Positions 38,555-50,222 of a stretch of DNA of 64,000 nucleotides are shown here, piece by piece; position 1 is the first letter of the stretch, and the number at the start of each line of letters is the position of its first letter. The position numbers were made by a program, and so were the translations under genes. Below the pieces are notes generated by a model, which ran no database searches, was not told the DNA's origin, and saw only the letters and a list, made by a program, of their open reading frames with translations. The stretch is from Squalus acanthias. Lineage: Eukaryota. The stretch is taken from the NCBI GenBank assembly GCA_030390025.1, contig CM059432.1, positions 38,814,001 to 38,878,000 of the forward strand. Direction: 5' to 3'.

Positions 38555-39621
38555 TTATTACCACCTCTCTCGACCCCTCCACGGCCTCTGATTTGTCACG
38601 CTGCTTGTCCGACATCCAGTATGGAATGAGCAGAAATTTCCTCCAATTAAATATTGGGAAGACCAAAGCCATTGTCTTCAGATCCCGCCACAAACTCCAT
38701 CCCTCTCCCTGGCAACTGTCTGAGGCTGAACCAGACCGTTCGCAAGCTTTTGATGTCCTATTTGACCCAGAGCTGAGCTTCCGACCCCACATCCTCTGCA
38801 TCACCAAGACCGCCTACTCCCACCTCCGTAACATCACCCATGTCCGCCCCGCCTCAGCTCATCTGCTGCTGAAACCCTCATCTGTGCCTCTGTTACCTCT
38901 GATGCGGAGATGCCGGTGTTGGACTGGGGTGGACAAAAGTGAGAAGTCGCACAACACCAGGTTATAGTCCAACAGCTTTATTTGAAATCACAAGCTTTCG
39001 GAGCGCTGCTGGTGATGAAGGAGCAGCGCTGCTGGTGATGAAGGAGCAGCGCTCCGAAAGCTTGTGATTTCAAATAAAGCTGTTGGACTATAACCTGGTG
39101 TTGTGCGACTTCTCACTTCTGTTACCTCTAGACTCGATTATTCTAATGGTCTCCTGGCTGGCCTCCCACCTTGCACCCTTTGTAAACTTGAGCTCATCCA
39201 AAACTCTGCTGCCCGTATCCTAACTCGCACCAAGTCCCGTTCACCCATCTCCCCTGTGCTGGTTGACCTACATTGGCTCCCGATCTGGCAATACCTCGAT
39301 TTTAAAATTCCCAATCCTTGTTTTCAAGTACCTCCATGGCCTCGCCCGTACATATCTCTGTAACCTCTTCCAGCCCTACAACCCTCAGAGATCTCTGCGT
39401 TCCTCAAATTCCGGCCTATTGCGCATCTCCAATTTTCATCAATCCACAGTTGCCGGCCGTGCATTCAGCTGCCTAAGCCCCTGGAATTCCCTCCCTAAAC
39501 CTCTACGCCTCTCTACCTCCTTTAAGATGCCCCTGAAAATCTACCTCTTTGACCAAGCTTTTGGTCACCTGTCTTAATATGGCTATGTGGCTCGGTGTCA
39601 AATTTAGTTTGAAAATGCTCC
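38555..39621 (+). mobile_element. L2 RT/3' fragment, interrupted by a Penelope fold-back and truncated at the UQCRB promoter repeat
   Basis: [54 protein letters not shown] and DLHWLP. Confidence 0.9.
38901..39117. mobile_element. Penelope pLTR fold-back insertion (74-bp perfect inverted arms)
   Basis: Arms 38937-39010 and 39045-39118; 12-bp TSD TCTGTTACCTCT at 38889-38900 and 39118-39129. Confidence 0.85.
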
Positions 39622-39760
39622 TGCACGCGCACGCAGAACGTGCCTGCATTCTATCTCCTGCACGCGCACGCAGAACGTGCTTGCTTGCTATCCCTTGCAC
39701 GCGCACGCTGAACGTGCTTGCTTGCTATCCCTTGCACGCGCACGCTGAACGTGCCTGCCT
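39622..39760 (+). repeat. 4 x 37-bp tandem repeat in the UQCRB promoter
   Basis: TGCACGCGCACGC(A/T)GAACGTGC... starts at 39622, 39659, 39696 and 39733. Confidence 0.93.
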
Positions 39761-39829
39761 TCACTGGCCTGCTGGGGTTTTTTGAGGCGTCAGACACTGA
39801 GCGTGCCGCACTGCATTCTGGCCACGAAG

Positions 39830-39848
39830 ATGGCGGCGAGAGCTCCAG
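39830..39848 (+). CDS. UQCRB: Cytochrome b-c1 complex subunit 7, exon 1 (19 nt)
   Basis: ATG GCG GCG AGA GCT CCA G|gtgagg inside the CpG island; phase 1 matches exon 2. Confidence 0.9.
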
Positions 39849-40229
39849 GTGAGGCGACACGGGCGGTTTGTAAACGCCGCCTCGGCGTGAGTGGGAGGCG
39901 GCGCGGGAGAGAGTTTGGCCGCGGTAAAGCTGGCAACCGGTCCTGTGCGACCGTTCGTGCTCTTGGGCGGTGCACCGCCGGTGATGCTGGGCCTTGACCT
40001 TAGAGTGTCCCTGATGGGGGAGCCGCCGGGCGCTAGAGCCGCGATCCGCAGCCTGGAGAGCCCAGGGCCGGGCGGCTGGCTGAAGTCCAGCCCGGGGACG
40101 GTGTGTCCGTCTGTTCCACCGCCGCCCTGAGGCCTGTGGCTCTATGACATTGAGGCCCAGCAGTAGTGAGGAGAGGATGAATTTGTCTTTATACTGCCCT
40201 CTGGTGTTCAAGGTCACCCGAGCAGAATC

Positions 40230-41293
40230 CAGAACAGGAATAAACGGGCCATTTTCGGGTTGGCAGGCTGTAACTAGTGGGGTACCGCGAGGATCAGTGC
40301 TTGGGCCTCAGCTATTCACAATCTATATCAATGATTTGGATGAGGGGACCAAATGTAATATATCCAAGTTTGCTGATGATACAAAGCTGGGTGGGAATCT
40401 AGGTTGTGAGGAGGATGCAAGGAGGCTTCACGGGGGTATAGACAGTCTAAGTGAGTGGGCAAGAACATGGCAAATGCAATATAATGTGGAGAAATGTGAA
40501 GTTATCCAGTTTGGTAGGAAAAATAGAAAAGCAGAGTATTTTTTTAAATGTTGAGCGATTGGGGATGTTGGTGTTTAGAGGGACCTGGGTGCCTTGTACA
40601 CAAATCACTGAAAGTTAACATGCAGGTACAGCAAGCAATTAGGAAAGCAAATGGTATGTTGGCCTTCATTACAAGAGGATTTGCATATAAGAGTAAAGGC
40701 ATCTTACTGCAATTATATAGGGCCCTGGTGAGACCACACCTGGAGTATTGTGTACAGTTTTGGTCTCCTTACCTAAGGAAGGATATACTTGCCATAGAGG
40801 GAGTGCAACGAAGGCTCACCAGACTGGTTCCTGGGATGGGGGGATTGTCCTATGAGGAGAGATTGAGTAGACTAGGTCTATATTCTCTATAGTTTAGAAG
40901 AATGAGAGGTGATCTTATTGAAACACACACAATTCTTACAGGGCTTGACAGGGTAGATGCAGGGAGGATGTTTCCCCTGGCTGGGGAGTCTAGAACCAAG
41001 GGTCACAGTCTCAGAATAAGGTGTCGGCCAATTAGGACTGAGATGAGAAAGTTCTTCACTCAGAGGGTGGTGAATCTTTGGGATTCTCTACCCCAGAGGG
41101 CTGTGGAGGCTCAGTCGTTGAGTATATTCAAGACAGAGGTCAATAGATTTTTGAATATTAAGGGAATCAAGGGATATGGGGATAGTGCAGGAAAGTGGAG
41201 ATGAGGTAGAAGATCAGCCATGATATTAAATGGCGGAGCAGGTGCGACGGGCCAAATGGCCTACTCCTACTCCTACTTCGTATGTTCTTATGT
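40230..41293 (+). mobile_element. CR1 RT/3' fragment
   Basis: [20 protein letters not shown] and [12 protein letters not shown]1 tail. Confidence 0.92.
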
Positions 41294-41296
41294 AAG

Positions 41297-44200
41297 AATC
41301 ATAGGTTGATACAGCACTGAAGGAGGCCATTCAGCCCTTCGTGTCTCTGCCCACTCGTTGGTAGAGCTATCCAATTAGACCCAGTCCCCTGCTCTTTCCC
41401 CATAGCCCTGCAAAATGTTCTCCTTAACGGATTTATCCAATTCTCTTTTGAATGTTGCTACTGAATCTGCTTCCAGCACCCTTTCAACCAGTGCATTCCA
41501 GATCACAACAACCTGCTGTGTTTTTTAAAAAAAAGTTTCCACATCTCACCTCTGGTTCTTTTGCCAATCATCATAAATCTGTGTAGTCTGGTCACTGACC
41601 CTTCTGCCACTGGAAACACTGTCTCCTTATTTACACCTCTATCAAATCTCCACTTAACCGTCTCTGCTCTAAGGAGAACAACCACTGCTTCTCCAGTCTC
41701 TCCACATAACTGAAGTCCCTCATCTCTGGTATCATTCTAGTAAATCTCTTCTGCACCCTCTCTAAGGCTTTGTCATCCTTCCTGAATTGTGGTGCCCCAA
41801 ATTGAACACAATACTCCAGCTGAGGCCTAACCAGTGATTTATAAAGGTTTAGCATGACTTCCTTGCTTAATCTATTCCTTGATTAATCAAGCCAAGGATC
41901 CTGTATGCCTTTTTGACAGCCTTCTCAACTTGTCCTGCTGCCTTTAACTTTGTGCACATATACCCCCGGGTCTCTCTGTTCCTACACCCCCTTTAAAATT
42001 GTATCGTTTAGTTCATATTGCCTTTCCTCGTTCTTCCTACCAAAATGTATCACTTCACATCTTTCTGCGTTAAATTTAATCTCTCTGCCCATTTCATCAG
42101 TCTGTATGTCCTGAAGTTTGTTACTATCTCCTCATTGTTTACTAGATTTCTGAGTTTTGTGTGATCTGCAAACTTTGAAATTATACCCAAGTTCATTAAT
42201 CTATATTAAAGAGCAGTGGTCTAATACCAATCCCTGGGGAACACGAATGTATACCTTCCTTCAGTCTGAAAAACAACCGGTCACCACTACTCTCTGCTTT
42301 CTGTTCCTTAGCCAACTTTGTATCCGTGCTGCCACTGTCCCTTTAATCCCATAGGCTTTAATTTTGCTAACAAGTCTATTATGAAATACTTTGTCAAACG
42401 CCTTTTGACAGTCCATATACACATCAACCACCGCACTACCCAACCTGGGGAAGCTGCAACACAGGACTACATGCATGCTAAACAGCAGAAGCAGCATGCT
42501 ATATACAGAGCTAAGCGATCCCACAACCAACGGATCAGATCAAAGCTCTGCAGTCCTGCCACATCCAGTCGTGCATGTTGGTGGACAATTAAACAACTAA
42601 CGGGAGGAGGAGGCTCCATGAATATCCCCATCCTCAATGATGGCGAGGCCCAGCAAGCGAGTGCAAAAGACAAGGCTGAAGCGTTTGCAACCACCTTCAG
42701 CCTGAAGTGCCGAGTGGATGATCCATATCTGCCTCCTCCTGAGGTCCAGTCTTCAGCCAATTCAATTAATTCCACGTGATATCAAGAAACGGCGAGCACA
42801 CTGGATACAGCAAAGGCTATGGTCCCCGACAACATCCCGGCTGTCGTGTTGAAAACTTGTGCTCCAGAATTAGCCGTGCTTCTAGCCAGTACAGCTACAA
42901 CACTGACATCTACCCGCCAATGTGGAAAATTGCCCAGGTATGTCCTGTCCACAAAAAGCAGGACAAATCCAATTCTGCCAATTACCGCCCTATCAGTCTA
43001 CTCTCAATCATCAGCAAAGTGATGGAAGGTGTCATTGACAGTGCTATCAAGCGGCACTTACTCACCAATAGCCTGCTCACCGATGCTCAGTTTGGGTTCT
43101 GCCAGGACCTCTCGGCTCCAGACCTCATTACAGCCTAAATCCAAACGTGGACAAAAGAGCTGAATTCCAGAGGTGAGGTAAGCGTGGCTGCCCTTGACAT
43201 CAAGGCATCATTTGACCGAGTGTGGCATCAAGGAGCCCTAGTAAAACTGAAGTCAATGGGAATCGGGGGAAAAAACTCTTCACTGGCTGGGGTTGTTGGA
43301 GGTCAATCATCTCAGCCCCAGGACTTCGCTGCAGGAGTTCCTCAGGGCAATGTCCTCGGCCCAACCATCTTCAGCTGCTTCATCAATGGCCTTCCCTCCA
43401 TCATACGGTCACAAGTGGGGATGTTCACTGATGATTGCACAGTGTTCAGTTCCATTCGCAACTCTTCAGATAATGAAGCAGTCCATGCCCGCATGCAGCA
43501 AGACCTGGACGACATTCAGGCTTGGGCTGATAAGTGGCACGTAACATTCGCGCCACACAAGTCCAGGCAATGACTATCTCCAACAAGCGAGAGTCTAACC
43601 ACAGCCCCTTGCCATTCAACGACATTACCATCGCCGAATCCCCCACCATCAACATCCTGGGGGTCACCATTGACCAGAAACTTAACTGGACCAGCCACAT
43701 GAATACTGTGGCTACAAGAGCAGGTCAGAGGCTGGGTATTCTGCGGCAAGTGTCTTGGCTCCCGACTTCCCAAACCTTTCCAGCATCTACAAGGCACAAG
43801 TCAGGAGTGTGATGGAATACTCTCCTCTTGCCTGGATGAGTGCAGCTCCAACAACACTCAAGAAGCTCAACACCATCCAGGACAAAGCAGCCCACTTGAT
43901 TGGCACCCCATCCACCACCTTAAATATTCACCCCCTCCACCACCGGCGCACAGTGGCTGCAGTGTGTACCATCTACAAGATGCACTGCAGCAACTCGCCA
44001 AGGCTTCTTCGGCAGCACCTCCCATACCCGCGACCTCTACCATCTAGAAGGACAAGGGCAGCAGGCACATGGGAACACCATCACCTGCAAGTTTCCCTCC
44101 AGGTTACACACCATCCTGACTTGGAAATATGTTGCCATTCCTTCATTGTTGCTGGGTCAAAATCCTGGAACTCACTCCCTAACAACACTATGGGAGTTCC

Positions 44201-45645
44201 TTCACCACAGGGACTGCAGCAGTTCAAGAAGGTGGCTCACCACCCCCTTGTCGGGGGCAATTGGGGATGGGCAATAAATGGTGGCCTTGCCATTGATGCC
44301 CACATCCCAGGAACGAATAAAAAAAACGACCTCTTCATCAACCCTCTGTTTCTTCATCAAAGAACTCAATCAAGTTAGTCAAACACTGTTTGCCTTTAAC
44401 AAATCTGTACTGACTTTCATTTATTAGCCCAATCTTTTCCAAATGCCAATTAGCTATGGATGCCTTTCCTTTCCCCTTCATGGGAATGTGTCTGGTCTAT
44501 ACCTGAACCATCTCTTTGGAGTCCTCCCATTTCAATTACTGTTTTGCCCACCAATCTTTGATCCCAATCCACCTGGGCCAGATCACTTTTCAACTCCCTG
44601 AAGTTAGTCTTCCTCCAGTTAAGTATTTTAAAGATTGCTTGTTCTTTGTCTTTTTCCATAGCTATTCTAAACCTGATATTATGATCACTGTTCCCCAAAT
44701 GCTCTCCCACCGAAACATGCTCCATTTCATTCCCCAGCACTGGATCCAGCACTGCTTCCTTCCTCGTTGGGCTGGAAACACCCACTGATCAAGAAAGTTC
44801 TCTTGTACACATTCCACCCCTCTTTGCCCTTTACACTGTTACTATCCCAGTCTATATTAGGATAATTGAAGTTCCAACATTATCACTACTCTGTAGTTTT
44901 TGCATCTTTCTGCAATCCTCCTGTAAATTTGCACCTCTACTTACTATTTGGTGGCCTATAGTGTACACTCAGTTGTGTAATAGCTCCTATTGTTCCTTAA
45001 TTCTAACCAAATAGATTCTGTCTTTGACCCCTCAACTACATCAGCCCTCTCCAGTGCTATAATAGTTTATTTGATCAATACTGCCACCTGCTTCTTTTTT
45101 CCTTCCTTATCTTTCCTGAATACCTTGTAGCCAGGAATATTAAGTTCCCAATCCTCCCCTTGTTTGAGCCAGGTCTCTCTTATCGCCACCATATCATAGT
45201 CCCACGTGACAACGTGCCTGTAGCTCACCAACCTTATTTACCACGCTATGTGCATTTACTCACATGCACTCCAAACCCATCTTAGACTGCCTCACATTTG
45301 CCCCCTTTCTGATCCCTCCTATTTCTGAACTCTTCTTTAGTGCTATTTGCCTCTCCCAGTCCTCTGTGCACCTTGTTTCTCCTCTCGAGTTTCATCCTGG
45401 TGCCCATCCCCCTGCCAGATTCATTTAAACCCTCCCCTGTAGCACTAGTTAGCTTTACCACAAGGACATTGGCACCAGCTCTGTTGAGGTGCAACCCATC
45501 CACCTTGAACAGGTTCCTTCTGCCCCAGAACTGGTTCCAATGCCCCAGGAATCTCAAGTGCTCCCTCCTGCACCATTTCTCCAGCCACGCATTAACCTGT
45601 CTTATCCTACTATTCCTATACTCACTAGCGCGTGGCACTGGGTAC
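41297..45645 (-). mobile_element. Long CR1 (ORF1 remnant about 45280-45645) interrupted by a second LINE family
   Basis: LVRPQLEYCVQF, GEHLGNSDHN; ORF1 IRQVNAWLEKWCRRE..FLGHW..DGLHLN (esterase-like). Confidence 0.85.
42437..44327 (+). mobile_element. LINE RT fragment of a second CR1/Jockey-group family
   Basis: NYRPISLLSIISKVMEG, AALDIKASFDRVWHQGAL and GVPQGNVLGPTIF; ends in gaataaaaaaaa. Confidence 0.85.
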
Positions 45646-46314
45646 AATCATCTAGTGACAACAGCATTGCTAATGACAGAAAAAAATTGAGTCAGTGTCA
45701 TATGCCCGTGTCAGTCATATCCAGTAAAGACATTGTAACTTATTCTGTTGATGCTGTGCATGTAAAATTAAAGAGAGAGGTGCGAAGACACATCCAATCC
45801 TAACACAGAGTAACTATTGACATCATCGATGATGTTACAATGATTATTGAAACCGCATGATAATGGGTTAGGGGGTTGGGGTTAGAAACCAACACCATAG
45901 ATGCAGATTCAATAACTTTCAAAATGGAATTGGATAAATACTTGAAGAGGGAATATTTGCAGGGCAATGGGGAAAGAGTAGGAGGTATGATCAGTAAGTT
46001 TGCAGATGACACGAAAATTGGTGGGGTGGTAAATAGCGAGGAGGGAAGCCTCAGGCTACAGGACGATATAGACGGGTTGGGCAGAACAGTGGCAAATGGA
46101 ATTTAACCCTGAAAAGTGTGAGGTGATGCATTTTGGGAGGACTAACAAGGCAAGGGAATACACAATGAATGGTAGGACTCTAGGAAGGACAGAGGATCAG
46201 AGGGACCTTGGTGTGCATGTACATAGATCCCTGAAGGCAGCAGGACAGGTAGATAAGGTGGTTAAAAAGGCATATGGGATACTTGCCTTCATCAGCCGAG
46301 GCATAGAATATAAG

Positions 46315-47113
46315 TCATGATGCGGAGATGCCGGTGTTGGACTGGGGTGGACAAAAATGAGAAGTCACACAACTCCAGGTTATAGTCCAACAGTTTTATT
46401 TGAAATCACGAGCTTTCGGAGCGCTGCTCCTTCGTCAGGTAAAGTGAAGGAATACAAATCAGCAAAGCATATATAGACAGAGAACAATGTAGCGTACAAT
46501 GTCAGACGACTACAGTAAATCTTTCTGACTGCCCTCCATCACATCTCGGCAGAGAGACAATCAGGCCAGTGAGGAAGGCATTACATCAAAGATACAGCAA
46601 AATACAGCTAAGACAATGAGGTGGGGTCACGGGGTCCAACGTGTCAAATGCTGCAGTCTGTATGGTTAAGCTTTTTACTTTTTTTTAAACTGGAAATCAC
46701 ATCTGTGAACAAGCCAACGACGACTCGAGTCTGGATGACTCTACGTCATGTAGCGTGACATGAAACCAAGATTCCGGTTGAGGCCGTCCTCATGGGTGCG
46801 GAACTTGGCTATCAGTTTCTGCTCGATGATTTTGCGTTGTCGTGTGTCTCGAAGGCCGCCTTGGAGAACGCTTACCCTCAGATCCGAGGCTGAAATTCAC
46901 GAGCTTCGAGACACACAACAATGCAAAATCATTGAGCAGAAACTGATAGCCAAGTTCCGCACCCATGAGGACGGCCTCAACCGGGATCTTGGTTTCATGT
47001 CACGCTACATGACGTAGAGTCATCCAGACTCGAGTCGTCATTGGCTTGTTCACAGATGTGATTTCCAGTTTAAAAAAAAAAGTTAAAAGCTTAACCATAC
47101 AGACTGCAGCATT
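46315..47113 (-). mobile_element. Penelope-like element with an inverted duplication of about 210 bp
   Basis: pLTR nearly identical to the 38901 copy; EQKLIAKFRTHEDGLNRDLGFMSRY present in both orientations; flanked by an 83-bp direct duplication. Confidence 0.85.
46406..46442 (-). ncRNA. Minimal type I hammerhead ribozyme motif
   Basis: TTAC-CTGACGA-A-GGAGC(AGC)GCTCC-GAAA-GC-TC-GTGA. Confidence 0.75.
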
Positions 47114-48559
47114 TGAAGGCAGCAGGACAGGTAGATAAGGTGGTTAAAAAGGCATATGGGATACTTGCCTCCATTAGCCGAGGCATAGAATATAAGAGCA
47201 GGGAGGTTATGATGGAGCTGTACAAAACGCTAGTTAGGCCACAGCTGGAATACTGTGTGCAGTTCTGGTCGCCACACTATAGGAAGGATGTGATTGCATT
47301 GGAGAGGGTGCAGAGGAGATTCACCAGGATGTTACCTGGGCTGCAGCGCTTCAGCTATGAAGAGAGATTGGACAGGCTGGGGTTGTTTTCCTTAGAGCAG
47401 AGAAGGCTGAGGGGGGACCTGATTGAGGTGTGCAAAATTATGAGGGGCATAGATAGGGTCGATAGAAAGGAACTTTTCCCCTTAGTAGAGGGGTCAATAA
47501 CCAGGGGGCATAGTTTCAAGGTAAGGGGCAGGAGGTTTAGAGGGGATTTGAGGAAAAACTTTTTCACCCAGAGGGTGGTTGGAATCTGGAACTCACTGCC
47601 TGAAAGGCTGGTAGAGACAGGAACCCTCAACATTCAAGAAGCATTGTGATGAGCACTTGAAACGCCATAGCATACAAGGCTACGGACCAAGTGCTGGAAA
47701 ATGGGATTAGAATAGACAGGGCTTGATGGCCGGTGCGGACACGATGGGCCGAAGGGCCTCTTTCTGTGCTGTATGACTCTGAGTGGGACTAATTGAATAG
47801 CTCTTTCAAAGAGCCGGCACAGGCATGATGGGCCGAATGGCTTCCTTCTGCTGTATCATTCGATGAAAAGGCTGGGATGCAGGGTCAATTGAAATTTTCA
47901 AAACTGAGATCTTCGTTGGTAAGGGTATCGCGGGATATGGAGAAAATCCAGGTAAATGGAGTGGAGGTACAGATCCACCATGATTGAATTGAATGACCTA
48001 CTGTTCCTATGTACCTTTAATTCTAAGAAACGTAAGAAATAGAAGTGGAAGTAGGCTATAGAGCCCCTCGAGCCATTCAATAAGATCATGGACGATATTC
48101 GACCTCAACTCCACTTTCCTGGATAACTTATTAATATTTATTATTAATGGATAAATTCATGATAACTCTTAACTGCAGAAACTGACCATCTGCATCTTAA
48201 CTTCCAGTCTTCTGGTTAAAACCTGACTGGTTGCCCTGTGTCTCTTTTCTCCTCCTCCCTCCCTGCATGCCCCAGGAGGAGGGCCAAGGCCTATGATTCC
48301 TTCATTCATGGATTTGTCGGTGGTCCTCTCACCCAAACTGACTACCCCCTCTCCAAGAGTATATTCTCAGCAGACACCTCATATTGGACTCACGTGAATA
48401 GAATCTTTAAAAGGTGGGGTGTTTTGCTCGGTCATATGAGACATATAAAGAATTGCATACTGTCCCCGTTCATTGTGGCAACCTCTAACGTTAACACCTC
48501 ACACCCTCCCTCTGTCTTAGCTGCGGCCTGTGGCTTTTTAAGCCTGTGAAAGAAAGTGA

Positions 48560-49002
48560 TGCTTGCATTTCTATAGCTCCTTTCACAACCTCGGGACATC
48601 CCAAAGCACTTTTCAGCCAATGAAGTACTTTAGAAGTGTAGTCAATGTTGTAAAGTAGGAAATGTGGCAGCGAATTTGCGCACAGCAAATTCCAACAAAC
48701 AGGAATGTGATCATGACTAGATAATTTTTTTTTAGTGGTGTTAGTTGAGGGGTGAATATTGGCCAGGACAGCGGGGAGAACTCCCCATCTCCTCTTCGAA
48801 ATAGTGCCTTGGGATCATTTATGTCCACCTGAGAAGGCAGACAGGACCTCGGTTTAACATCGCATCCAAAAAAGCAATTCCAACAATGCAGCACTGGAGT
48901 GTTCGCTTGGATTTTGTGCTCAAGTCCCTGGAGTGGAACTTAACCCCACAACTTTCTGACTCGGAGGCAAGAGTGCTACCTACTGAGCCACGGCTGACCC
49001 CT
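48560..49002 (-). mobile_element. Near-complete tRNA-headed Deu-domain SINE
   Basis: Head ggggtcagccgtggctcagtaggtagcactcttgcctccgagtcagaa (A-box-like), Deu core and LINE-like tail. Confidence 0.8.
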
Positions 49003-49306
49003 AAATTCACTTTATTTTAAAACACAACCCTTAAGCATAACTGATTCCCAAATCGTTTTTATGAAAAAATGTGATCAAAAATCCCAAACTAACAGCAATA
49101 AATGCTGCCTTGCCAGTATTCGTCAAATCCCAAGAACAAATGTTAAAAAAGGCAGTCTGACTAGGTGACTTTCATCCAGTGAGTATTTCTCTGTATGTTG
49201 AGCTTAAATCAAAGAATAAGGAACATTTTGCCAAAATTTGGTCATCTAATTTGGAATTTTCCTTCTATAGTAGAGTAATGTGTTTTGTATTTTTTACTTC
49301 CTCTAG

Positions 49307-49378
49307 TCAAAGCAACAAGCAGTTTGCTTCAGAAATTACAAAAGTGGTACTATAATGCTGCAGGGTTCAACAAATATG
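49307..49378 (+). CDS. UQCRB: UQCRB exon 2 (72 nt)
   Basis: Encodes KATSSLLQKLQKWYYNAAGFNKYG, including the hallmark WYYNAAGFNK; tctag| and |gtaagt. Confidence 0.97.
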
Positions 49379-49429
49379 GTAAGTTGATGTTTATATTCTC
49401 CTTGACTCTCTTCATATTTTCTTTTTCAT

Positions 49430-49770
49430 TCTCTGGATATAGACATCGCTGGCACAGGCAGTATTTATTGCCCATCTCTAGTTGCCCATGAGAAGTGATG
49501 GTGAGCCGCCGCCTTGAACCACTACAGTCAGCGTGGTGAACGTGCTCCCAACAGTGCTGTTAGGGAGGGAGTTCCTGTATTTTGACCCAGTGACGATGAA
49601 GAAATGGCGTTCTATGTCCAAGTCAGGATATTGTGTTACTTGGAGGTGATGGTGTTCCCATGCACCTGCTCCCTTTCTCCTAGGTGGTGGAGGTTGCAGG
49701 TTTAGGAGGTGCTGAGGAAGAAGACTTAGTGAATTGTTGCAGTGCATCCTGTAGATAGTACACACTGCAG
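49430..49770 (-). mobile_element. 3' fragment of the second LINE family
   Basis: CTIYRMHCNNS..LPQHL..WEHHHLQV. Confidence 0.75.
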
Positions 49771-50222
49771 ATTTTTTAAATTGAATTCAAATTCCAAACT
49801 TCCATGGTGGGACTTGAAGTTGCGTTCTCTGGATTACTAGTCCAGTAAATAACTGTACCCTATAAATCCAAGTGGCACTTATGAACAGCAATCGCTCCCT
49901 AGGCACCTGCCAGTATCCTTCCTAGCAACCATTGGGAGCAATGGCAACTGTTTGCTGTCTCTTCCTTTTTTTTTTACTTACTCCTTTGTGGATTTATATG
50001 GTTTCTACTACTGTGCTAGTATGTTTCTTTTAACCACCACTCTCCCCTACCCCCAAAAAATTAAAGGAAAGCGAATCTGCTACTTGAAATAGTCTGCTGG
50101 AGAGCTGCCATGCCAACCAGAAAACACAACCCTTAAACAAGGCTTATCCAATTTCTGCTTATGGCCTGCTTTATGCATTATCCTTCCTGTTCCTGTATGT
50201 CAATTTTGGTTCAGTACTGGGT

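Larger units (their letters stand above)
39622..40140 (+). promoter_or_regulatory. UQCRB CpG-island promoter with NRF1-like motifs and a YY1-type AAGATGGCGGC overlapping the ATG
   Basis: High CpG density around exon 1; GAAGATGGCGGCG at 39826-39838. Confidence 0.7.
45890..47865 (+). mobile_element. CR1 3' end hosting a second CR1 (about 45984-47780), which in turn hosts a Penelope insertion
   Basis: [10 protein letters not shown] and [17 protein letters not shown]; the host 3' end resumes at 47781. Confidence 0.88.

Noticed and set aside
38365..38967. 200-aa ORF downstream of MTERF3
   Set aside because: Chance read-through of 3' UTR, L2 and Penelope sequence.
48930..49002. tRNA gene
   Set aside because: It is the tRNA-derived head of a SINE; there is no complete cloverleaf and it runs directly into the SINE body.
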